A stretch of 60,915 nt of DNA. Source: an uncultured Gammaproteobacteria bacterium (GTDB lineage: Bacteria; Patescibacteriota; Patescibacteriia; CAIXNZ01). Position 1 is the stretch's first letter; each line of letters begins with the position of its first letter. The stretch is from the NCBI GenBank assembly GCA_964400885.1, contig CAYNWH010000002.1, positions 24,668 through 85,582 of the forward strand, in the 5' to 3' direction. This document shows positions 43,642 through 51,405 of this stretch, one piece after another. A program made the position numbers and the translations under genes. The notes beneath the pieces were generated by a model. That model saw only the letters and a list, made by a program, of their open reading frames with translations. It was not told the origin of the DNA and searched no databases.

Positions 43642-43878
43642 TTAAGAGATTGTTTGGGCGTCAAATAATCTTTTTAAGCCCTTAATTACCTCTGGCGGCC
43701 CAGTAAATGTCAGCAGATCCCTGCCATCGCCATAGGCATCTTTACTGACGCTCACCTTAACTCCATGGGGTTTTAAAGCCAGAGCAATAATTTCAATTGT
43801 ATTGTCCATACCTCCGTTACCATTGCTCAGGCTTTTACCGACCTTGAAAACAGTTTTTTTTCCCTCATCCTTTGCCAT
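43642..43878 (-). CDS. Hypothetical protein (78 aa)
   Basis: CAAGGAGG SD; GC-richer; no recognised domain. Confidence 0.55.
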   Translation of the reverse strand: MAKDEGKKTVFKVGKSLSNGNGGMDNTIEIIALALKPHGVKVSVSKDAYGDGRDLLTFTGPPEVIKGLKRLFDAQTIS

Positions 43879-43996
43879 TTTTTCCTCCTTGGTTATTTTT
43901 TAACCCTGCTTGGGCAATAAAGTAGGGTTCTTTGTCCCTTAAGCGCTGTTTTAGGCGCCTAAATTTCCGCCGCTTTTTCCTATTGTTTACCTGCAC
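43865..43996 (-). CDS. Possible 43-aa Arg/Lys-rich upstream ORF (GTG start)
   Basis: AAAGGAGG SD 5 nt from GTG; VQVNNRKKRRKFRRLKQRLRDKEPYF...; overlaps the start of the 78-aa gene out of frame. Confidence 0.25.
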   Translation of the reverse strand: MQVNNRKKRRKFRRLKQRLRDKEPYFIAQAGLKNNQGGKNGKG

Positions 43997-44165
43997 TTTT
44001 TCCTCCTTTTGTTTTTTTATATTTTAAAAAACTGACCCAAGGGCCAGCTTTTTACTATTTGAATCTGTTAATTCTTATTTAAAACACACTTAAACAAGCT
44101 GGCCATTTACGTCCGCTAAAAAAGTAAAATGTATACCAAACTTGTTTATGGGTATTCATATGTAA

Positions 44166-44194
44166 ATTATATGAATAGTCTAAAATTTTGTCAA
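44166..44194 (-). promoter_or_regulatory. Consensus sigma70-type promoter of the 78-aa unit
   Basis: minus strand TTGACA-N17-TATAAT, immediately after the terminator of the 194-aa gene. Confidence 0.65.
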
Positions 44195-44231
44195 CAAGAA
44201 AGCCCTTGTGGTAATCCACAAGGGCTTTTAA

Positions 44232-44816
44232 TTAAGAGAAATGACTTTTCTCCTTATTAATAAAGCTTAAAGCCTGAGTAACAATTTCCGGTTTATAAAA
44301 CAAGCTCAAACTTTCAAGGTATTTGTTGCCTTCAATCAACTTAACCTGAAAATTCTTTGCTAAACTATCATCGGCTTGACGCACAAAAAGCGCTTTAATC
44401 TTGTGCAGACTGCAAACTGCATCTATGGCCTCAATATTACGTTTAATTTGAGTGCCAACTGATAAATGTTCTTTAAATCCTCCCTTAAGACCGCAACACA
44501 GACAAACTAAGGCATAAGGAGGTAATGGCCTGTTTAATTCTGAGCCATATTTAAGATTTAGGCTAATTTGCCAACGGGTGGCAATCTCTGAGTCGTTCCA
44601 AATCAGCCAAGCAAATTCGGGCACTAACTCTGAATGTAGCAATACGATTTCACCGCGTTCAACTTCCTTTACTCTGATCACTTCAAGTTTACTAGCTTTT
44701 GAGGTAAAGTAAACTGCTTCGCTCAAAGGGGTTAATTTAATCAGTTCTTCTTTAAATTCAGCCGCAGATTGAGAATCAGGCTTAAACTCAAAAATCCTAT
44801 ACAATCTTAAACTCAT
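44232..44816 (-). CDS. Uncharacterised 194-aa protein under tandem SAM-riboswitch control
   Basis: AAGGAGG SD 7 nt upstream of the internal ATG (MSLRLYRIFEF...); not hydrophobic; no recognised domain; own terminator agcccttgtgg-atta-ccacaagggct. Confidence 0.7.
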   Translation of the reverse strand: MSLRLYRIFEFKPDSQSAAEFKEELIKLTPLSEAVYFTSKASKLEVIRVKEVERGEIVLLHSELVPEFAWLIWNDSEIATRWQISLNLKYGSELNRPLPPYALVCLCCGLKGGFKEHLSVGTQIKRNIEAIDAVCSLHKIKALFVRQADDSLAKNFQVKLIEGNKYLESLSLFYKPEIVTQALSFINKEKSHFS

Positions 44817-44871
44817 TTCCCTACCTCCTTGTCTTTTGTTGTTTAAAGAACACTTTGGGACGATAAGCAAA

Positions 44872-44902
44872 TAAAAAAATCTTTCCCAAAAGAGAAAGAT
44901 TT
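44872..44902 (-). terminator. Expression-platform terminator of SAM riboswitch B
   Basis: minus strand aaatctttc-tcttttg-ggaaagatt + TTTTTT; the 3' arm GGAAAGAT is identical to the aptamer P1 3' strand. Confidence 0.8.
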
Positions 44903-44926
44903 GAACTCAAAAAATTGAACTACCAG

Positions 44927-45031
44927 TTATCTTTCCCTTTTACAAGGGCGGAAATTAGCACCTACTGGCTGGTTTTTGCCAGGGTTGCCGCACAGGTCAC
45001 GGAGTCCGAACTCTCACTGTGCTCTTGATAA
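44927..45031 (-). promoter_or_regulatory. SAM-I (S-box) riboswitch aptamer, copy B (variant P2)
   Basis: minus strand TTATCAAGAGCACAG...CTGTGCGGCAACCCTGG...CCAG..GGTGCTAATTTCCGCCCTTGTAAAAGGGAAAGATAA; P1-P4 pairings are readable. Confidence 0.75.
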
Positions 45032-45062
45032 TTTTTTATTCAATTGTTAATGTACTCTAGTT

Positions 45063-45101
45063 AAAAACAAAAAATCTTACGCGCTACGAGGGGGTAAGAT
45101 C
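45063..45101 (-). terminator. Expression-platform terminator of SAM riboswitch A
   Basis: minus strand atcttac-cccctcgtagcgc-gtaagat + TTTTTGTTTTT; GATCTTACCCC can alternatively pair with the aptamer GGGGAAGAT. Confidence 0.75.
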
Positions 45102-45117
45102 TAAAATATATAACTTA

Positions 45118-45241
45118 TTATCTTCCCCCATGAGGCGGGGCTGGATTTAGCACCTTATCCTACAAAGCGTTATAAACGGCTTGGTAAGGTAGGTTGCTGG
45201 CAGAATCATGAGGCCAGTTCCGGATTCTGCTCTCTTGATAA
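45118..45241 (-). promoter_or_regulatory. SAM-I (S-box) riboswitch aptamer, copy A
   Basis: minus strand TTATCAAGAGAGCAGAATCCGGAACTGGCCTCATGATTCTGCCAGCAACC...GGTGCTAAATCCAGCCCCGCCTCATGGGGGAAGATAA matches S-box core strings (UAUCAAGAGAG, ACUGGCC, AUGA, GCAACC, GGUGCUAAAUCC, GAAGAUAA). Confidence 0.85.
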
Positions 45242-45267
45242 CTACTTATTCAGTTTTAACTATAAGC

Positions 45268-45296
45268 ATTATAGCATATCTAAACTTTTTTGTCAA
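45268..45296 (-). promoter_or_regulatory. Consensus promoter driving the tandem riboswitch leader
   Basis: minus strand TTGACA-N17-TATAAT with TGc extended -10. Confidence 0.7.
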
Positions 45297-45302
45297 ATCT
45301 CC

Positions 45303-45770
45303 TTATTTATGATATTCACTACCAGCTAAAATTTCAAAAGCCCGATAAATTTGTTCTAAAAGTAAAACCCTGATTAATTGATGAGTAAAAGTCATTTTGG
45401 AAAATGACAAAACCAAATCAACATTGGTTAAAACTTTTTCTGATAAGCCTAGAGGCCCGCCAATTATAAAACAAATTCTCGCGCTTTTAAAGTCGCGGAC
45501 TTCCTCAATTAAGTTAGCAAATTCCTCAGAAGTCTTTTGCTGGCCTAAAGAGTGCAAAGCAATATTAAAATAATCTTTATTTAATTTATCCAAGATCCGC
45601 TCCCCTTCTATTGCCATAATTTCCTCAGCCAAACGATTTTTTGTAATCGGCTCTTCTTTTAAATTCAAAACTTCCACTTCTGCATATCTTTGCAACCGCT
45701 TTAAAAATTCTGCTTCAGCCTCGCTATATTCTAATTTAGTTTTAGAAATAGTGATAATTTTTATTCTCAT
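45303..45770 (-). CDS. rlmH: 23S rRNA (pseudouridine1915-N3)-methyltransferase
   Basis: 155 aa SPOUT; ICFIIGGPLG, FSKMTFTHQL, EQIYRA. Confidence 0.9.
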   Translation of the reverse strand: MRIKIITISKTKLEYSEAEAEFLKRLQRYAEVEVLNLKEEPITKNRLAEEIMAIEGERILDKLNKDYFNIALHSLGQQKTSEEFANLIEEVRDFKSARICFIIGGPLGLSEKVLTNVDLVLSFSKMTFTHQLIRVLLLEQIYRAFEILAGSEYHK

Positions 45771-45836
45771 ATATTCTTATTTTACTTTTAGCCAAGCAAA
45801 AAGGCAAGGTTTTCACACCTTGCCTTTTAAAAAGCA

Positions 45837-47135
45837 TTAATCCCTCCAGGGATTTTGCATGATAATGGTCTGGCCTTTGTGTTGTCCGACTGAGATGGCC
45901 ACCAGCGGCACACCAGCCAGTTGGCTGATCATAAGGAAAAGTTTTTGCGCTGCTTTGGGCAAGTCCTCAAAGGCCCGACAGCCAGAGATGTCATTGTCAA
46001 AGCTGCCCATTTCCTGGAAATGAGGCTGAACATCCTGAAGATCCAGGGTATCAAGTTCATCCAAGTCTCGGATGATTCTATCTCCCTGCTGGTAATAGTC
46101 ACAGACCATGGTGTTGATGCCTTGTAAAACATCGCCCTTAGTAATGACTACTCCAGTCAGCCCACCGACACGAGAAGCTGCTCTAGTTTGCGGACCATCA
46201 TGCCAGCCGACACGTCTGGGGCGACCAGTTGAAGCGCCATACTCCTGGCCGCGCGCTCTGATTTCCTCGCCCAAGTCGCCGTCAAGCTCGGTCGGGAAAG
46301 GACCGCCGCCGACTCTGGTGCAATAAGCCTTGGTCACGCCATAGACCTCGTCAATCAGGGTGGGACCAATGCCGGCGCCAGAACAGGCACCACCAGCCAA
46401 GGTACAGGATGAAGTGACGTAAGGATAGGTGCCGTGGGTCTTGTCTAGACCTGGGCCCTGGGCCAGCTCGATCAGCACATTTTGCTCGCTGTCCCTAGCC
46501 TGGGTGACGATCTTGGACAACGGCTCCTTAAGGATGTAAGGCTCCAAGATCTGCCTGGCTTGCTCCAAGAAAGTCATGATGTCCTCGACCGTGTAAGTCT
46601 GACCGCCCCAATGAGCCAGTTCCGGATTTATTTCATTGAGGATGGTCTTGACATAAGCACGAATTTGCTCCAGATGCAGCAAGTCCGTCACCCGCAGGCC
46701 TAAACGCCTGACCTGCATTTCATAGGTAGTGCCAATGCCCCGTCCAGTGGTGCCAATGGCTGCCTTGCCCCGAGCATGTTCCCGGAATTTTTCCAGGTCC
46801 AAGCAATAAGGCATGACCAGCTGGGCCAAACGCGAGACCCCAAGCTGCTGGCATCTCAAAAAGCCCTTGGCTGTCAGGTCGGTGATCTCCTGTTCAAATC
46901 CCGTGGGATAAATGACCATGTCATTCCCCAAAAAACAACGTGCCCGGGAATGACTTACCGCACTGGGAGCCAGATGAGTGACAGCTTTTACGCCATCAAC
47001 AAATTGGGTATGGCCAGAATTAGCCCCGCCAGCTACCCGGACCACCACGTCAGCATCTTCGCCAAATTCATGAACCAATCGACCTTTGCCTTCGTCACCC
47101 CATTGATTGCCACCGTAAACAATTAATCTACCCAT
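45837..47135 (-). CDS. purA: Adenylosuccinate synthetase
   Basis: 432 aa from the SD-supported ATG (CAAGGAGG-N7-ATG; MGRLIVYGGNQWGDEGKG); GTTGRGIG, TKGDVL; very GC-rich; the 36-aa N-terminal extension of the track ORF was discarded. Confidence 0.9.
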   Translation of the reverse strand: MGRLIVYGGNQWGDEGKGRLVHEFGEDADVVVRVAGGANSGHTQFVDGVKAVTHLAPSAVSHSRARCFLGNDMVIYPTGFEQEITDLTAKGFLRCQQLGVSRLAQLVMPYCLDLEKFREHARGKAAIGTTGRGIGTTYEMQVRRLGLRVTDLLHLEQIRAYVKTILNEINPELAHWGGQTYTVEDIMTFLEQARQILEPYILKEPLSKIVTQARDSEQNVLIELAQGPGLDKTHGTYPYVTSSCTLAGGACSGAGIGPTLIDEVYGVTKAYCTRVGGGPFPTELDGDLGEEIRARGQEYGASTGRPRRVGWHDGPQTRAASRVGGLTGVVITKGDVLQGINTMVCDYYQQGDRIIRDLDELDTLDLQDVQPHFQEMGSFDNDISGCRAFEDLPKAAQKLFLMISQLAGVPLVAISVGQHKGQTIIMQNPWRD

Positions 47136-47233
47136 CACTACCTCCTTGTGATGAAGCCAACCCGGATCGGGTGGGTGAATGTTCGAAACACAATATCTAT
47201 ATAAAAAGAGCTGTAAATTACAACCCCTTTCTA

Positions 47234-47262
47234 AAATTAACAATAACTAATTAATCAGTCAA
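47234..47262 (-). promoter_or_regulatory. purA promoter
   Basis: minus strand TTGACT-N17-TAATTT, the same hexamers as the purE promoter. Confidence 0.5.
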
Positions 47263-47269
47263 GCTAATT

Positions 47270-47824
47270 TTATGCACAGTAACTTATTTGCAAGCCAGTG
47301 CCAATGTCTTTTAATTCGCTTTTATATTTTTCATCGTGATTAACATAATATAAATAATCACTCATAGCATGTTTATGCGAAATAGCATTATCAGCAATTA
47401 TAATTGCGCCTGGCTTTAATTTTGGCTCTAGTAATTTTAATTGCTGTAAATATTCATTTTTACGACCATCCAAAAAGACAAAATCAACTTTTTCATTTAA
47501 TTCCCCTAACCTCTTATTAGCATCGTCAGGAATAATTTCAACATATTTAATTAAGCCGGTTTTTTGCAAATTAGAAACTAAATCCCGGACTTTTTCTGGC
47601 ACAAATTCATAAGTAATTAATTTGGCGCCAACTTCTTTAGCTGCCTGAGCCAGCCAAATTGTTGAATAGCCATTGGAAGCACCAACTTCCACAATTACTT
47701 CTGGCTTATTCTTCAAAACTAATTTAGACAAAAACAGACCAGTGTCACGAGAAATGTTCCACTGGCCGCCCTGCTGATTTAATTCTTCAAGTTTTTTTAA
47801 AATTTTATTTATTTTTTCTTCCAT
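47270..47824 (-). CDS. Class I SAM-dependent O-methyltransferase (COMT-like family 3)
   Basis: 184 aa; EVGASNGYSTIWLA, VDFVFLDGRK. Confidence 0.75.
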   Translation of the reverse strand: MEEKINKILKKLEELNQQGGQWNISRDTGLFLSKLVLKNKPEVIVEVGASNGYSTIWLAQAAKEVGAKLITYEFVPEKVRDLVSNLQKTGLIKYVEIIPDDANKRLGELNEKVDFVFLDGRKNEYLQQLKLLEPKLKPGAIIIADNAISHKHAMSDYLYYVNHDEKYKSELKDIGTGLQISYCA

Positions 47825-47826
47825 TT

Positions 47827-48408
47827 TTATTTACTTCTACGTTTTAACTCTAGATCGTACATTATTTCTTCAATTTTTCTTAAATTATTTTTTGACTGAT
47901 CAAATTTCGGCCTTAATTTACCAAGCAGATTAAATTTAATGAGCTCGCCAACCACTTCTTCAATTGCCTGCTCGCAAGTTGCTACTTCCTTATAGCGATG
48001 CCTAGTAGCTAAAAAAACAGCCCTGCGGACTAATTCACCAGTAAAATCACAAAGTCCGCCCAAATAACTTTCCACATCAATAACCTGGCCATTAATTGAG
48101 GTAATTTTACCGGTTTTAATAAAATGCAAAAATAATTTAGCTTCCACGTATTCTTCCATCCCAGCCAAATAAGCTCCTTCATATTGCAAAGCTTCTTCTT
48201 TTTTTATTTTAGTCTGAAGATATTTTAATATTTTCTCAGCCTCATTCAAATCGCTTTCCGCTTGCTTAATATCTTCACGATGAGTGGCAAAGATAGCCTG
48301 TTTAGCAAATTTTAAGACATCATTTGAATGCTTAATAATTATTCTGCGACCGATATCATAAGAACTATACTCTTTAAGCAACTTACTAAAAAATTTTTTA
48401 TCAATCAT
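47827..48408 (-). CDS. Translin-family-like protein
   Basis: 193 aa all-helical; GMEEYVEAKLF and YLGGLCDFTGELVRRAV resemble translin/TRAX signature segments (from memory). Confidence 0.5.
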   Translation of the reverse strand: MIDKKFFSKLLKEYSSYDIGRRIIIKHSNDVLKFAKQAIFATHREDIKQAESDLNEAEKILKYLQTKIKKEEALQYEGAYLAGMEEYVEAKLFLHFIKTGKITSINGQVIDVESYLGGLCDFTGELVRRAVFLATRHRYKEVATCEQAIEEVVGELIKFNLLGKLRPKFDQSKNNLRKIEEIMYDLELKRRSK

Positions 48409-48421
48409 ATTTTTACTTTAT

Positions 48422-49474
48422 TTAGTTATTAAAATATTTTAACCGATTTTGCTTATGTTCCTCAAAAGTTTTAGAAAAAACCATATCGCCACCTGGCGTA
48501 TTGATAAAATAATAATAATCATTTTTCTCCGGATAAATAGCCGCCGTAATAGAATCCAAACCCGGATTAGTAATCGGCCCAGGCGGCAAACCCGGATACA
48601 AGTAAGTATTGTAAGGATTATCATTTTCCAAATCTTCGTAAGTAGGCCTATCTGTTGTTTTACCAGTAATATAATTAACCGTAGGATCAGCCTGCAAGGC
48701 AATACCCTTGGCTAAACGGTTATAATAAACGCCGGCAACTCTTTTCTTATTTTCTAATGTATTAGCTTCTTTTTCAATAATTGAAGCCAGCGTCAAAATC
48801 TCGTGTAAATTTTTACCTTGTTTTTTGATGTCAGTCATCATTTCTGGCGTAATTTTTTGGCCGAAATTATCAAGCATTTTTCTGACGATATCTTCGATAG
48901 TTGCATTTTTATAAATACGATATGTATCCGGAAACAAATAGCCTTCCAAGCTCAAATTTTTAGGCTTACTGGCCAAAAACGGATAATCATCACTAAAATC
49001 TTTGGGTTTGGGCAAATCTGAATTTTGGTTATAATCAATAGCCGGATAGCCGACTATGTCCAAAAAATTATTGGCTTTTGCAATATTCTGTTTTTCCAGA
49101 TAATCAGCAATATCCTGCAGATTCCAGCCCTCTATAATTGTTATATTTGTTTCATTTTCAATTGTTTTTCCAGAGATTAACGCGTTGATCAATTCACTTA
49201 TACTCCAAGTGTCCTTTATTTTATAATCTCCAGCCTTGACTTTATTTTCTGCGCCTTTTAACCAAAGTAATGTTTCAAAGATAAAAGAGCTATCCAATAA
49301 ATCTTCGTCTTTTAAATTTTTGCTGATTTGATTAACTCCTTCGCCTTGCTTGATTATGAAATTTTTAGTCTGGCCGCTGCCTTTTTGGCCTATATAAATA
49401 ACTTTAAAAAGCCAGCCACCGGCAATAACAATAACAATCAGAATCAATAAAAATAAAATTAAAAATTTTTTCAT
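48422..49474 (-). CDS. mltG: Endolytic murein transglycosylase MltG (YceG-like)
   Basis: about 350 aa from MKKFLILF; N-terminal TM, LASIIEKE, QADPTVNY, YNTYLYPGLPPGPI. Confidence 0.85.
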   Translation of the reverse strand: MKKFLILFLLILIVIVIAGGWLFKVIYIGQKGSGQTKNFIIKQGEGVNQISKNLKDEDLLDSSFIFETLLWLKGAENKVKAGDYKIKDTWSISELINALISGKTIENETNITIIEGWNLQDIADYLEKQNIAKANNFLDIVGYPAIDYNQNSDLPKPKDFSDDYPFLASKPKNLSLEGYLFPDTYRIYKNATIEDIVRKMLDNFGQKITPEMMTDIKKQGKNLHEILTLASIIEKEANTLENKKRVAGVYYNRLAKGIALQADPTVNYITGKTTDRPTYEDLENDNPYNTYLYPGLPPGPITNPGLDSITAAIYPEKNDYYYFINTPGGDMVFSKTFEEHKQNRLKYFNN

Positions 49475-49562
49475 GTTTTTTATTTTTATAAAATTTATTT
49501 TGAAAAAAATCAATTATACCTTATAATGAATTTAATAATTAATTAATATTAATAATTTAAAT

Positions 49563-49979
49563 ATGGCTTACAAAATCGTCTTAATACCTTTTATTGCTTT
49601 ATTAGTAGCACAAGTAATTAAAGTTATAATAGATTCAATTAAAGGTAAATTTTCCTGGCGCAATTTAAATAATTATGGCGGCATGCCTTCTTCCCATGCG
49701 GCAATTGTTTCAGCTTTAGCAACCGAAACTGGGATAACCTTCGGATTTGCTTCTGTTTATTTTGCTATTACGCTAGTACTTGCCTTTTTAATCATTAGAG
49801 ATGCCGTGGGTTTACGCCAATATTTAAGCAGGCATGGCAAAGTTTTAAATATGCTCATCAAAGATTTGCCTGATTATCAAGAAGATAAATATCCTTATTT
49901 AGAGGAACGGCTGGGACATACGTATCTGCAGGCTCTAGTCGGCATTTTAATCGGAATTCTAATTGCCAGCCTAATTTAA
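49563..49979 (+). CDS. Divergent PAP2 / DUF212 membrane protein
   Basis: 138 aa; YGGMPSSHAAIVSALA motif. Confidence 0.75.
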   Translation: MAYKIVLIPFIALLVAQVIKVIIDSIKGKFSWRNLNNYGGMPSSHAAIVSALATETGITFGFASVYFAITLVLAFLIIRDAVGLRQYLSRHGKVLNMLIKDLPDYQEDKYPYLEERLGHTYLQALVGILIGILIASLI

Positions 49980-50114
49980 ATTCCAAATACCAAGCACCAA
50001 AACTCAAATAATAACCAATCTCCAAATCTCAAAACCTAAACCTGTTTAGAATTTAAAATTTAGATATTAAGATTTGCTTGTAATTTAGGATTTATTATTT
50101 GGTCATTAATTCCC

Positions 50115-50531
50115 TTACTCTCCAATAATCTGGACCGTTATTAAACGGTCTCTTTTTTTATTATCAAAATCTAGCAAAACGATCTGCTGCCAGTTACCTA
50201 ACACTAATTCACTATTGATCAAAGGTACAGTTAAATGTGTGCCCAAAATCGTTGAACGAAGATGCGAATAGCCATTGCCATCCTGCCATTTATCATTATG
50301 ATGGTAATGTTTATTTTTAGGTGCAATAATTTCCAATGCTTCTTGCAAATCCTTATCTAATTCTGCGCCGACTTCCATTGTAGAAATAGAAGCTGTTGAA
50401 CCAGTCACAAAAACTAAAATCTGGCCGTTTTTGATCTTTGATTGTCCCACAATAGCCTCAACCTGTTTTGTAATGTCAAGCACATCATTATGGCCTTCGG
50501 TTTGAATTGTGAAATTATCATTGTAAACCAT
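50115..50531 (-). CDS. yjbQ: YjbQ/UPF0047 family protein
   Basis: 138 aa from MVYNDNF; DITKQVE...GQILVFVTGSTASIST...HLRSTILG; starting at this Met avoids an overlap with fpg. Confidence 0.75.
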   Translation of the reverse strand: MVYNDNFTIQTEGHNDVLDITKQVEAIVGQSKIKNGQILVFVTGSTASISTMEVGAELDKDLQEALEIIAPKNKHYHHNDKWQDGNGYSHLRSTILGTHLTVPLINSELVLGNWQQIVLLDFDNKKRDRLITVQIIGE

Positions 50532-50535
50532 ATTT

Positions 50536-51402
50536 TTATTTTTGACATTTAAGGCAATAAGAGGATGTCCTGCCTCCAATTTTTATTCTCTTAATCTCGG
50601 TGCCGCACACTTTACATTTTTCGCCATAGCGGCCATAAACTTTTAACTGCTTAGAATAAGCACCAGCTTCGCCTTCAGCATTTCTATAATTGCTAAAAGT
50701 TGTACCTTGTGCTTTTATTGAGGCTTGCAGAATTTTTTTAATGCCTTGATAAATTAATTTAATTTCTTTTTCTTTTAAATCTTTAACTAAACGATTGGGC
50801 CTAACTTTAGCATAAAAACAAACCTCATCAGAATAAATATTACCAAGACCAGCAATAATCGTCTGATCCATTAAAAATTGCTTTATCTTCTTATTTGGTT
50901 TCTTTTTAAAAATCTGTTTTAAATAATCTAAAGTAAATTCTTTACTCAATGGTTCAATGCCTAATTTCATTTTCTCAAATTCCTCAGCTAATTCATTGTC
51001 TTTATATAAACGCAACCAGCCAAACTTGCGAATATCATTAAAATATAAATGGCTTTTATCAGTAAAAGTAAAACTAGCATGGGTGAACTTATTTGGCAAG
51101 CAATCATAGCCTTCTTCAATTGGGTGTCCGCCCACTAAACATTTTGTTTTACTGCCATAAACAAGCTGTCCAGTTAATTTTAAATGAATTAGGATATCCC
51201 AGCCTTTAGATAAATCAAGAATTAACATCTTAGCTCTTCTTTTTATAGCTTCAATCTTTAAACCTTTAACAATCTTCTTATATTCAGCTAATGGCTTATT
51301 AATATTTTTCTTCCAGTCAGAACCAAAATCAGCAATTGTTTTGCCGACTATATTTTTTTCCAAGCCTCGTTTAATTGTTTCTACCTCTGGAAGTTCTGGC
51401 AT
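50536..51402 (-). CDS. mutM: Formamidopyrimidine-DNA glycosylase
   Basis: 288 aa; MPELPEVE, C-terminal CxxC-x16-CxxC zinc finger. Confidence 0.95.
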   Translation of the reverse strand: MPELPEVETIKRGLEKNIVGKTIADFGSDWKKNINKPLAEYKKIVKGLKIEAIKRRAKMLILDLSKGWDILIHLKLTGQLVYGSKTKCLVGGHPIEEGYDCLPNKFTHASFTFTDKSHLYFNDIRKFGWLRLYKDNELAEEFEKMKLGIEPLSKEFTLDYLKQIFKKKPNKKIKQFLMDQTIIAGLGNIYSDEVCFYAKVRPNRLVKDLKEKEIKLIYQGIKKILQASIKAQGTTFSNYRNAEGEAGAYSKQLKVYGRYGEKCKVCGTEIKRIKIGGRTSSYCLKCQK

Positions 51403-51405
51403 TGT

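Noticed and set aside
47181-47203. A purine riboswitch in the purA leader (UAUAUAGAUAUUGUGUUUCGAAC on the minus strand)
   Set aside because: It lacks the CCGUAAA and GACUAUG-type conserved segments and the three-way-junction pairings. The superficial UAUA/GAUAU/GUUUC similarity is all there is.
45837-47243. Longer N-terminal versions of several track ORFs (purA 468 aa; 44232-44870; 23388-23699; 31933-32376; 32723-33046; 50115-50579; 58997-59746; 48422-49513)
   Set aside because: In most of these an internal ATG sits at canonical distance from a strong SD. In the rest an internal ATG matches the conserved family N-terminus and removes a gene overlap. The upstream extensions include the SD itself or hydrophobic/odd sequence.
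13380-47262. The GC mosaic explained as an assembly chimera of two organisms
   Set aside because: At least ten AT-rich/GC-rich alternations occur, always at intergenic positions. Cassettes are sometimes fused to host transcription units (38883/38899) or share terminators with core genes. A chimera would normally give one or two breakpoints. This still needs read-level confirmation, so it is listed as a check under the findings.
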